19,824 nucleotides of DNA, taken from NCBI GenBank assembly GCA_964619725.1, contig CAZUFC010000139.1:1-19824 (forward strand), given 5' to 3'. The DNA comes from an uncultured bacterium (GTDB taxonomy: Bacteria; CSSED10-310; CAZUFC01). Shown one piece after another: positions 9,590 through 18,089 of this stretch. The stretch's first letter is position 1; the number at the start of each line of letters is the position of its first letter. Under the pieces are notes generated by a model. The model saw nothing but the letters and a program-made list of their open reading frames with translations, ran no database searches and was not told where the DNA came from. The position numbers were made by a program, and so were the translations under genes.

Positions 9590-10450
9590 GTGGAATATTC
9601 GTTCTTCCACGCGATATTTTGGTTTTTTCTTATCTTTGTAATGGCTTATCCGGCCATGAAAAAACGCATGCTGGAGGCCGCAAGGCTGAAAATGCTCAGG
9701 ATGATCGAGAAAAAGAGGAGCTCCCGGGTTATCGCGTTGATACACCGGCAGGAGGTGATGACGTTTTTGGGATTCCCCCTGATGCGTTTTTTAAATATAG
9801 AAGACTCGGAACAGGTTTTGCGCGCTATTCGAATGACCCCTGACGATATGGACATTGATTTGATTCTGCATACGCCTGGCGGACTCGTGCTGGCGACTGA
9901 GCAGATCGCATCCGCCTTGTCGGAGCATCCCGCAAGGGTGACTGTTCATATTCCGCATTATGCGATGTCAGGCGGCGCTTTCATAGCTTTTGCCGCGGAC
10001 GAGATCATTATGGACAAAAACGCCGTCCTCGGACCTATTGATCCCCAGTTAGGCGAATATCCCGCTGCTTCCATTCTAAGGGTCGCTGAACAAAAGAACA
10101 GGGAAGAAATGGAAGACAGGACGCTGATATTGGCTGATGTGGCTCAAAAAGCGGTGAATCAGGTCAGGGCCAGTTTGATTCAGTTGCTGTCGAAAAAAAT
10201 GCCGGAAAAGGATGCCGAAAAAGTGGCTGAAGTCATGTCTTCAGGGCAATTCACGCATGATTATCCCATCACGGTTTCCATCGCCGGGGATTTGAAATTG
10301 CCGGTTAAAACGGAGCTGGCGCCGGAGATTTACGAACTCATGAATCTTTTCCCTCAACCGGGCATTGGAAGGCCCTCAGTCCTATATGTGCCGACTCCAT
10401 ACGGAAAACCCGAAGGGCCGAAAGATAGAAGCGCAAATATCTCGCGATGA
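9590..10450 (+). CDS. ClpP-class serine protease (SDH_sah/DUF114 family) with N-terminal membrane anchor
   Basis: IDLILHTPGG, HYAMSGG, AADEI.M...AVLGPIDPQ, THDYPI motifs; GGAGG RBS. Confidence 0.88.
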   Translation: MEYSFFHAIFWFFLIFVMAYPAMKKRMLEAARLKMLRMIEKKRSSRVIALIHRQEVMTFLGFPLMRFLNIEDSEQVLRAIRMTPDDMDIDLILHTPGGLVLATEQIASALSEHPARVTVHIPHYAMSGGAFIAFAADEIIMDKNAVLGPIDPQLGEYPAASILRVAEQKNREEMEDRTLILADVAQKAVNQVRASLIQLLSKKMPEKDAEKVAEVMSSGQFTHDYPITVSIAGDLKLPVKTELAPEIYELMNLFPQPGIGRPSVLYVPTPYGKPEGPKDRSANISR

Positions 10451-10531
10451 TGCATGTGCCGGAATAATGACTTCCGGCGTTGAGTGTAAACGCTGTGTTT
10501 GAGAAAAAAATTCTGAGCTTTTTGTTCGCTC

Positions 10532-10560
10532 TTGCATCTGAGAACCGGTTTCATTATAAT
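10532..10560 (+). promoter_or_regulatory. sigma70-type promoter of the DUF1573 gene
   Basis: TTGCAT (10532-10537), 17 nt, TATAAT (10555-10560); GAGGAG at 10619-10624. Confidence 0.7.
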
Positions 10561-10636
10561 AGGCATGATATGAGCTCGCTGGTCGGTGCGATTCCAGCGA
10601 GTAAAACAATTCAGCAGTGAGGAGTGATGATTCATT

Positions 10637-11923
10637 ATGAGCAGTAGAAGTAAAAGGAATATTTATCTGATCGCGCTGATGGGACTCGTGTTTCTGGGGT
10701 TGTTCAGTTATCACGCAGGCCTGAAGGAGTTGTTGTTTATTGAAGACTCAGTTGTCCTCGCGGGTGATGAGGAGGGTGAAGCGAAAAAGCCCGTGATAAA
10801 GGAAGTGAGCGCGAAAAAGGATGAGATGTCCCCTGAGAAGGCGTCGCCCCAAGAAATTAAGGAAGGCGAAACGCCTGAGATCGAATTTGAGGAATTGACT
10901 TATGATTTCGGCGATTCCAAACAGAACGAAAGCCTGACGCACGAATTCAAGTTCAAAAATAAAGGGGATGCAGAGTTGAAAATTGAAGACGTACGAGCCG
11001 GGTGAGGCTGCACCGCTACTTTGGTTACAAACAAGGTAGTTCCCCCGGGCGGGGAAGGTTCCATAAAGGTTACGTTCAGCACACGCGGTTACAGCGGCAA
11101 AAGGTCCAAGTCAGTAACGGTAAAGACTAACGATCCTGATGAAAATAATATTAGGTTGACGGTATCGGCCAACGTCATAGTGGATTTTGAATTCAAGCCG
11201 AATCGAGTTTATTTCGGAAGATTGAATGCTCCTGAGCGTACAGAGAAGGTTCTGGAAGTGCATGCCAAGGACCCGGAAAACTTGAAAATTGAATCTATTG
11301 AGTCTTCATCGGAACATATCAAGGCGGAGCTGATTACGGATGAGTCAGGTGAGAAAAAGAAATTCTCGCTCAAGGTGATCCTGCTGGATTCCGTGCCGGT
11401 CGGCCGAATCAATGAAAACATTACCGTCAAAACTAACGTTGAATCGCAGAAAGTAGTCAAGATACCGATTTATGGTGAGGTGATGGGCGACATCGTAGCC
11501 GAACCGGAAAGAATCAATTTCGGAGACTATTCCAAGGAAACGATGTATGAAAGGACTTTCACTCTGAAGAGTAAAAAGGGAAAACCGTTCAAGGTCCTGG
11601 AAGCGGAATCTTCAGACCCCAGGGTCAAAGTGGATTACGAGAAAATAGAAGGTCAGAGCGGATATGAATTTACAGCCGGCCTGGACGAAGATTTTTCCGA
11701 GAAGTTTTTGAGAGGTTCGATCAAGATTACTACGGATCAGGAAGATCAGAAATTGATCAATGTCAGTTTTCACGGTTATTTTCGTTCTAACGCACAGCAT
11801 ACTAAACCCGAAAAAGCAGAACCGAACAAAGATGAAAAGGAAAAATGGCATAGATCGACAAGCAACAGAAAAATAGACAAAAAAGCGATTTCGACCGGGA
11901 ACAAAGACCCTGACTTGAAATAG
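10637..11923 (+). CDS. exported/membrane-anchored DUF1573 + tandem Ig-like domain protein, probable selenoprotein (in-frame TGA 11003-11005, codon 123), 428 aa
   Basis: ORFs 10637..11005 and 11021..11923 share a frame (offset 384 nt). The joined translation reads YDFG...HEFKFKNKGDAELKIEDVRAG*GCTATLVTNKVVPPGGEGSIKVTF, a DUF1573 domain whose CGC motif has TGA at the first Cys. N-terminal basic + hydrophobic signal/anchor. Confidence 0.82.
11015..11040 (+). promoter_or_regulatory. candidate bacterial SECIS stem-loop
   Basis: GCTACTTTG (11015-11023) pairs with CAAGGTAGT (11032-11040), 9 bp including two G-U; loop GTTACAAA begins with G, 18 nt after the TGA. Confidence 0.62.
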
Positions 11924-11942
11924 AGCACAAGAAAAGGATAAT

Positions 11943-11977
11943 GCGGAGAACCTGACGAATGGTTCTCCGTTTTTTTT
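11943..11977 (+). terminator. rho-independent terminator
   Basis: GCGGAGAACC-TGACGAAT-GGTTCTCCGT stem-loop followed by T7, 19 nt after the stop at 11923. Confidence 0.85.
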
Positions 11978-11987
11978 ATATTAATGA

Positions 11988-12016
11988 TTGACCCGATGGA
12001 AATCCGTCATTATGAT
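11988..12016 (+). promoter_or_regulatory. sigma70-type promoter for the downstream genes
   Basis: TTGACC (11988-11993), 17 nt, TATGAT (12011-12016). Confidence 0.6.
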
Positions 12017-12072
12017 AGCAAAGTCTGTTAAGGCGGACGGGCAACAGAAAATACGCATTGGAGATTGAATTC

Positions 12073-12267
12073 ATGGTACAAGAGGTTTCCACTTTTTGGT
12101 CTTTAATAGTCGTAGCCGGATTCCTGGGTTGGATCGGCAGCGTAATTTCTTTTATCTTCAGAGCGATTGATGAGAATGACCATTTAATCAACAGGAGAGC
12201 GATATTCTGGGGAAGTTTGACCATTCTGTTTTATGCGCTCTGGGTTATCGGTCTGGTCAATGCCTGA
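12073..12267 (+). CDS. small two-TM hypothetical membrane protein
   Basis: Two hydrophobic segments (FWSLIVVAGFLGWIGSVISFIF; AIFWGSLTILFYALWVIGLV); ATG 12073 follows GGAG at 12060-12063; lies downstream of the promoter. Confidence 0.6.
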   Translation: MVQEVSTFWSLIVVAGFLGWIGSVISFIFRAIDENDHLINRRAIFWGSLTILFYALWVIGLVNA

Positions 12268-12370
12268 CGATTCTGAGCATATCTTCCGGGATTCTTCCGA
12301 AACGGTCCAATGTCTGACATGAATTGAAAATAAGATGTGAAGAGTTTCATCAAGGATTAGGGAAAAACGA

Positions 12371-13411
12371 GTGAAGAAAAAATACTGGCTGGGAGTAATC
12401 ATCAGCATTGGGATGCTGATTTATTTTTTTAATGACGTAAAACCCGGGGAATTGTGGTCAATTATTGTAAATGCTGATTACATTTGGGTCCTTCCCATTT
12501 TTTTCGTCAATATAATCAGTATCGCCATTCGTTCGTTTCGTTGGAAATATTTTTTCGGAAGCGATCAGAAGGTAGATTACTGGTCGATGTTTTCGGCTAC
12601 CGCCATAGGTTTTATGGCCAACAACATTTTACCGGCTCGTATGGGCGAGGTTTTACGGGCTTATTTGCTGGCAAAGAAGACCGAAATAAAAGGCAGTACG
12701 GCCTTTGCGACGATCGTAACGGAGAGAGTTTTTGATTTTGTTTCCGTTCTGATGCTTTTCGGGCTTTTTGCCATTTACAACACTTTTATGGTTAAAGAAG
12801 AAGTGCTTATCCCGAAGAATCTTATCATCGCCGGCTGGATATGTTTAAGCCTCAGCTTGATAGCCTTATTTTTTCTGATACTGCTGAGATTCCGCAGCCG
12901 GTTGTTGATCCGTATAGCCGATTTTATATTAAGCCGGGTGTTCTGTTCTCTAAGGAAACGGGTTATTGGAATGATCGAGGCTTTCGTCAAAGGACTGGAA
13001 ATTCTTACCGACATTAAAAGCATAATAATGGCTTTTATACTTTCGATGGGCATCTGGACGATTTTCAGTTTTTCCATATATGCGTTGTTTATCGCTTTCG
13101 ATATGCCGGCGACGATTCCAGGCTCGTTTTTCCTCCTGATCGTCCTGGCCGTTTCCACCGCCATTCCCTCCGGCCCGGGTTTCGTCGGAACCTTCGACGT
13201 GGCAAGCGAATGGGGGCTTCAGATTCTGGGTATCGTAAGAGGAGCCAAAGCTTTTACTTTAATTTTACACGCTTCCTCTTACATTTCCATTACGGCGCTG
13301 GGCTTGATTGTGCTGGCCATTGAAGGGATATCCTTGAAAGAGCTTAAAAAAGGCGAAGAACTGGCTCTGGAAGCTGCTGCAGATTCGGCGACTTCAGAAT
13401 CCTGCAATTAG
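12371..13411 (+). CDS. lysylphosphatidylglycerol synthase TM-domain / flippase-like protein (UPF0104)
   Basis: R..RW, GFMANNILPARMGEVLR, ERVFD, IPSGPGFVGTF motifs; multi-TM. Confidence 0.85.
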   Translation: MKKKYWLGVIISIGMLIYFFNDVKPGELWSIIVNADYIWVLPIFFVNIISIAIRSFRWKYFFGSDQKVDYWSMFSATAIGFMANNILPARMGEVLRAYLLAKKTEIKGSTAFATIVTERVFDFVSVLMLFGLFAIYNTFMVKEEVLIPKNLIIAGWICLSLSLIALFFLILLRFRSRLLIRIADFILSRVFCSLRKRVIGMIEAFVKGLEILTDIKSIIMAFILSMGIWTIFSFSIYALFIAFDMPATIPGSFFLLIVLAVSTAIPSGPGFVGTFDVASEWGLQILGIVRGAKAFTLILHASSYISITALGLIVLAIEGISLKELKKGEELALEAAADSATSESCN

Positions 13412-13421
13412 TCGTTTCGAA

Positions 13422-14312
13422 ATGTCCGTTCATATCCCCAAACCGTTAAAAACAGAAATACGGAAAATCCTTAGCGAATATAATTTAAGTCCCAACAAAT
13501 CGCTGGGACAAAATTTCATGATTGACCGTGATAAAATATACGCCATGGCGGAATATGCAGAGATGGACGGGCGACAGCGCGTTTTGGAAATCGGCGCGGG
13601 GCTGGGAATGCTGACTTCCGTTATAGCTGAAAGAGCGAAACGGGTATGGGCATTGGAGTTTGACAGAGGTTATGCGGAATATTTGAGCAGAAAATTCAGG
13701 GATGCTTCAAAGGTAAAGACCATGCATGTCGATGCCGTGTCATACCTGGATGACCTGTTGCATGGCGCAGCGGAACCGGAATCCCCTTTTTCAATCGTAT
13801 CCAACCTGCCGTACGGAATAACCGCTCCCGTGCTGATGAAGATTTGGCAGGCAGGAAAGCGCCTGGAGAAGGCTGTGATTACGGTTCAATATGAGCCTGC
13901 AGCCAGATTGACGGCAAAAGAAGGCGTGAAGGACAGGAATTCTTTAAGCGTATTGTTTGAAGCGACGCATGAAACGGAAATAATTGAAAAACTCCCGCCT
14001 GATGTTTTTTGGCCGAAGCCTGCGGTCAGCAGCGCGGTCGTGCGAATCAGGCCGCTTGAGGCGCCGAAGATAAAGATTAATGATAACATGCTTTTCGGGA
14101 AATTCGTCAGAGGGCTGTTTCTGCAACGGAGAAAAATGTTGAGAAAAGTGATGAAAAGATATCTGAAATCTTGCGGTAAGGCGGAAGTCCTGTCTGAAGA
14201 GGATATTTTCGCGCTGACCGGCATAGACGCGAACAGGAGAGCCGAAACTCTTTCGATAGAAGAATTTTCAGAACTGTTCCATGCTGTTCACGGCAGAAAT
14301 GAGGGTGATTAG
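13422..14312 (+). CDS. rsmA: 16S rRNA (adenine-N6)-dimethyltransferase RsmA/KsgA
   Basis: KSLGQNF, VLEIGAGLG, SNLPY, FWPKP.V.S, F.QRRKML, RRAETLS. Confidence 0.95.
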   Translation: MSVHIPKPLKTEIRKILSEYNLSPNKSLGQNFMIDRDKIYAMAEYAEMDGRQRVLEIGAGLGMLTSVIAERAKRVWALEFDRGYAEYLSRKFRDASKVKTMHVDAVSYLDDLLHGAAEPESPFSIVSNLPYGITAPVLMKIWQAGKRLEKAVITVQYEPAARLTAKEGVKDRNSLSVLFEATHETEIIEKLPPDVFWPKPAVSSAVVRIRPLEAPKIKINDNMLFGKFVRGLFLQRRKMLRKVMKRYLKSCGKAEVLSEEDIFALTGIDANRRAETLSIEEFSELFHAVHGRNEGD

Positions 14313-15158
14313 ATGGGAGAACCGGAAGCGTTGTTGTTGGGCATAATTCAAGGTTTAACGGAGTTTCTGCCTGTAAGCAGCTCCGGACACCTGGTTATCG
14401 CTCAGCAAATATTAAAAAAATTCGAGGAACCGGGTCTAATTTTCGATTTATTTCTTCATTTGGGAACGGCCGCCGCCGTTATTCTATATTTCCGAAAAGA
14501 GATGTGGGCGGCCGCAGCATCTATTTTCAGCAAGGGATATCGTCCTCCTGAGGAATCAAAATGGATTGGGAACAGAAAAACCGCTCTCCGTTTCGCCGCG
14601 TTAATCGCTGTAGGCAATATTCCCACAGCCCTTATTGGAATATTTTTAGAAGATCAGGTAGCGGGTTTATTCAACAGCGTCATGCCGGTAGGTTTTGCAT
14701 TATTGGCGACATCCGGACTGTTGTTTTTATCCGACAGAAAAGCCGGCAATGTGAAGACCTCCGTGATGGAAATAAGATTCAGGGATGCATTGCTGATAGG
14801 ATTATTTCAGGGGTTGGCCGTAATGCCGGGACTGTCCAGGTCCGGTTCAGCGATTGCTGCAGGAATATTTTCAGGAATAAGAAGGGACATAGCGGCAAAA
14901 TTTTCCTTTTACATGGTAATCCCCCCGATTCTGGGCGCCGTAACGTTGAAAGCCCGACATGTAATGGAAAACGTGGTTACAAGTCAACAATCGTTGACCG
15001 TCTACGCCATAGGAATACTGACGGCTTTCATCATAGGATATCTGACCATAGGAGTTCTCATTAAAGCGGTTTCTAATAAACGCCTGAAGCTTTTCGCAAT
15101 CTATTGCGTCTGCATAGGAACAGCCGTAATAGCGCTCTCCTTTGCAGGAATTTTATAA
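14313..15158 (+). CDS. uppP: undecaprenyl-diphosphate phosphatase UppP/BacA
   Basis: GIIQGLTEFLPVSSSGH, LHLGT, PGLSRSG, AAKFSF. Confidence 0.95.
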   Translation: MGEPEALLLGIIQGLTEFLPVSSSGHLVIAQQILKKFEEPGLIFDLFLHLGTAAAVILYFRKEMWAAAASIFSKGYRPPEESKWIGNRKTALRFAALIAVGNIPTALIGIFLEDQVAGLFNSVMPVGFALLATSGLLFLSDRKAGNVKTSVMEIRFRDALLIGLFQGLAVMPGLSRSGSAIAAGIFSGIRRDIAAKFSFYMVIPPILGAVTLKARHVMENVVTSQQSLTVYAIGILTAFIIGYLTIGVLIKAVSNKRLKLFAIYCVCIGTAVIALSFAGIL

Positions 15159-15208
15159 CAAGTGCGACGTGTCGTGGACCACAGGCCGGCTTTGGTACCA
15201 CGCAGAGA

Positions 15209-15389
15209 TATCGGTAGACCGGGATTCTGCGGAGGGCTCTGACCCCCGTGCGAACCCTTGGACCTTCGAAGGTGTATCGGTATACCGGGATTCTGCGGAG
15301 TGCTCTGACCCCCGTGCGAACCCTTGGACCTTCGAAGGTGTATCGGTATTCCGGGGCTTTGCGGAGGGCTCTGACCCCCGTGCGAACCC
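15209..15389. repeat. 66-bp tandem repeat, about 2.7 copies, palindrome-rich
   Basis: Units start at 15209, 15275 and 15341 (TATCGGTA..CCGGG....GCGGAGGGCTCTGACCCCCGTGCGAACCCTTGGACCTTCGAAGGTG); the third is truncated. Confidence 0.95.
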
Positions 15390-15445
15390 CCGTGCGGACC
15401 CCCGTGCGGACTCCCGTGCGGACCCCCGTGCGGACTCCCGTGCGA
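15374..15445. repeat. 12-bp tandem repeat, 6 copies (ACYCCCGTGCGR)
   Basis: Copies at 15374, 15386, 15398, 15410, 15422 and 15434; the unit is an internal segment of the 66-bp repeat. Confidence 0.95.
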
Positions 15446-15506
15446 GCCTGCCTGAATGAGCGGCATTCTCAGTGACTGTTATTCTGAACCTCAATCATTC
15501 AACCTG

Positions 15507-18089
15507 TTATTCCGGTCCATATCCAAACGTCCAGTCGCCTATGCCTTCTTCACCTCCCAGAACGGAAGTAAATTCATAATCCGTCATGGCGCCCAGGAAA
15601 GCCAGACCCTCCATGGTTTGATTTCCTGTATCGGGCCAGACAAAGGGTTCCACGACGGAAATGACGGTCGTTCCATAGGGAACGTCAACCGTGTTGAATG
15701 CCGGTTCGCGGCTCCAGCCGTCCCAGAACCAGTATTCAGCGTTGATGTCCAGGATGACGAATAACGGTATGTCGGGCAGGGCGTACCCTGTATAATTGTG
15801 AAGGAAAGCTTTCAATTCGCATTCATCGCCCGGCGAAAAACAGTCATCAGGCATCTGCAGCGTAACTCCCAGTTGAAGGACCGGCGTCCGCGTATACGGC
15901 GGGGTGACGATCAGAGTGGGAGTGGATGTCGGGGCCGGAGTGACCGTAAAGGTATGCGCAGGCGTGAGTGTGTTTGTCTGTGCCGGCGTGGGCGACATGT
16001 AATGGAAGCCCATGTCGACTGTTCCTTCATCAGGCGCCTGGTCCGTCCTGGTGGTCAATTCGTCCAGACATATAGTTTCTTCGGGCGTATCGAAACATAT
16101 CTCCGAAGCGGGATCGCCGCCTGAGTCCACACATGGGCTGTCCTCATGCTGACCGGCGGCCGTTTGACTCAAATATCCGTCCCCGCAGATTCCCCCTGTG
16201 AAAAACGGATTCTCGTCGATGTTTCCCTCGCCCTGGAATCCTCCCTGAATGTCCGAATAGGTCACGTCAGGCTCCACACCGACGATCTGATCCGGCGCAT
16301 TGTCCCAGAATATGCTGTTTCGCATGTGCAAATCCGTGGAATAAGGACAGTGTACTGCGCCTCCGCTTATTCCCGCTGCGTTGCCTCGCAAAGTGCAATT
16401 TTCAACAATAATCGGAGTTCCATGCATTGCACGGTCGAAGGCCAGTCCGCCCCCGACGTTCTCCGCATAATTGTACGCAATGTAACAGTTGACTATCAAA
16501 GGGGAGCCGTAATAATCAAAAGCGAATGCGCCGCCCCACTGGTTGTTGGCGGAAGAGTTGAACATTGCCTCACAGTCCGTTATAATAGGAGATGAGACCG
16601 ATGCAGCAATCGCTCCACCCTCAAAATAAGACGCATTACTTATAAAACTGCAGCCGGTAATCAAAGGAGAAGATTCCTTGTTGCAATCTACGCCGCCGCC
16701 GATACCTGTAAAAATGCAATTCCTTATTATCGGCGAAGAACATTCCATATAAACTTTCCTGATTCCTCCTCTGCAGGTCAAGTCGGATAATTCCAATAAA
16801 TCGTCCTGATAAAAATACATACCCCAGTAAGCTTCCGACGTATGCAAGAAAACCGATTGCGCCGAAGTTCCCCTCACAGAAACGAATTCAACCGCAGGCA
16901 GAGGAAAGCTCTCGCCGGTCTCCTCCTCTGAATAAAGTCCGGTACCAATATGAATAGTTAAAGGATTATCCTCGTCGGCGCAAACTGTTTTCAAAGCCTT
17001 GTGCACCGTGAGAAAAGCAGTTTCCCAGGACAACCCGTCATTCTCATCGCTGCCGTCGACGGATACGAAAACGTCCTGCATGACCGGCACGGTTTCTGAA
17101 ATGCCGCCGCTTACGTCGAAAGCCTCCTGGGGCGACACGTAATAATCCGACTGATGCAGTCCCGCAAATATGTTGAAGCGGGCGTTCAGAGGAGTCTCCG
17201 GAATTTCCAGGTAATAACCCAGGTCAGCGCCGGCTCCGGCGTAATTGTTCTCGAACCGGTTCTCTGAACCAGGCGAACCTCCTATCACGGGACTGGGACC
17301 GGAATGACAGAAAATTCCCCCACCGTAATTCACAGCATAATTATTCGAAATCGTGCAGTTCTCGATCACCGGACTTGAATTGGGATCGCAATAAATGCCG
17401 CCGCCGCGACCGCCGTACCTGACCAACGCTGAATTGCCGGATATTAAGCAGTTCGTTATGGTGGGAGCTGTTTTGGGACCGCAATATATTCCGCCTCCTC
17501 CACCGTTTACTGTGTTGTTCTCTATGACACAATTATTTATAACGGCATAACAATATCCATAACAGCCGATACCCGCTCCCACATCGCTTACGAAATTGTC
17601 TTTTATTATACAATTCGATATTGAAGGATAAGAAAAAAGATTAACATCACCCGTGCAATCAATACCCCTCGATTCATGTACTGAATTGCCTATTATTCGA
17701 CAATTTGAAATTGATGGAGATGCACCTGACCACGATACGATTCCTATTGTTGCATTCCGGATTGTAAATCCCTCTAACACTGAATCAGCCTGTTCCTGAT
17801 CATGAAAATTAAATCCTGATCCTACTCCCTGACAATCGATAATGCATGCTTCACAACCCAATTCCGATAAAACATCAATATTTTTACCCTTAAAAGACAA
17901 ATTCATATTTCCCGCACCAACGTAGGTTCCATCGGCCACCAGAACAGTATCTCCATCAGAAGCGGCATCGATCCCTGCCTGAATTGTCGGCTGCTCTTCT
18001 GGAACACGGATCGTCGCCGGTCGAACGGTCAGCGACGTCAAAACGCATAAAAATACTGCTGCAAAAACTATAGACAGTAAATATTTCAT
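15507..18089 (-). CDS. exported right-handed parallel beta-helix (pectin-lyase-like/Pmp-like) protein with DUF1565-like module, Thr/Pro linker and C-terminal beta-domain, 860 aa
   Basis: Likely start ATG 18089 ([14 protein letters not shown] signal peptide; ATGA overlap with the upstream stop) rather than 18215; [17 protein letters not shown], repeated GGGIYC/GGAI...P.I.NC.I..N, VFVS..GSD.NDG.SW..AF.T. Confidence 0.85.
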   Translation of the reverse strand: MKYLLSIVFAAVFLCVLTSLTVRPATIRVPEEQPTIQAGIDAASDGDTVLVADGTYVGAGNMNLSFKGKNIDVLSELGCEACIIDCQGVGSGFNFHDQEQADSVLEGFTIRNATIGIVSWSGASPSISNCRIIGNSVHESRGIDCTGDVNLFSYPSISNCIIKDNFVSDVGAGIGCYGYCYAVINNCVIENNTVNGGGGGIYCGPKTAPTITNCLISGNSALVRYGGRGGGIYCDPNSSPVIENCTISNNYAVNYGGGIFCHSGPSPVIGGSPGSENRFENNYAGAGADLGYYLEIPETPLNARFNIFAGLHQSDYYVSPQEAFDVSGGISETVPVMQDVFVSVDGSDENDGLSWETAFLTVHKALKTVCADEDNPLTIHIGTGLYSEEETGESFPLPAVEFVSVRGTSAQSVFLHTSEAYWGMYFYQDDLLELSDLTCRGGIRKVYMECSSPIIRNCIFTGIGGGVDCNKESSPLITGCSFISNASYFEGGAIAASVSSPIITDCEAMFNSSANNQWGGAFAFDYYGSPLIVNCYIAYNYAENVGGGLAFDRAMHGTPIIVENCTLRGNAAGISGGAVHCPYSTDLHMRNSIFWDNAPDQIVGVEPDVTYSDIQGGFQGEGNIDENPFFTGGICGDGYLSQTAAGQHEDSPCVDSGGDPASEICFDTPEETICLDELTTRTDQAPDEGTVDMGFHYMSPTPAQTNTLTPAHTFTVTPAPTSTPTLIVTPPYTRTPVLQLGVTLQMPDDCFSPGDECELKAFLHNYTGYALPDIPLFVILDINAEYWFWDGWSREPAFNTVDVPYGTTVISVVEPFVWPDTGNQTMEGLAFLGAMTDYEFTSVLGGEEGIGDWTFGYGPE

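Noticed and set aside
10448-10489. Second Sec readthrough at the SDH protease stop (TGA TGC ATG TGC, then hairpin GCCGGAA-TAATGAC-TTCCGGC)
   Set aside because: The protease domain is already complete, the extension meets another TGA after 10 codons, and the loop lacks an early G; more likely a 3' stabilising or terminating hairpin
10637-11923. Two separate genes, or a pseudogene
   Set aside because: The split falls mid-domain exactly at a conserved Cys, the TTG at 11021 has only a distant weak RBS, and there are no other lesions; nonsense mutation is not fully excluded
15209-15445. CRISPR array
   Set aside because: Units are contiguous and near-identical with no unique spacers; no cas genes in the window
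15101-15494. Four overlapping ORFs (PHGG, ADPR, RTPV, ARGS repeats)
   Set aside because: By-products of a stop-free GC-rich repeat with unit lengths divisible by 3; open on both strands, no convincing RBS
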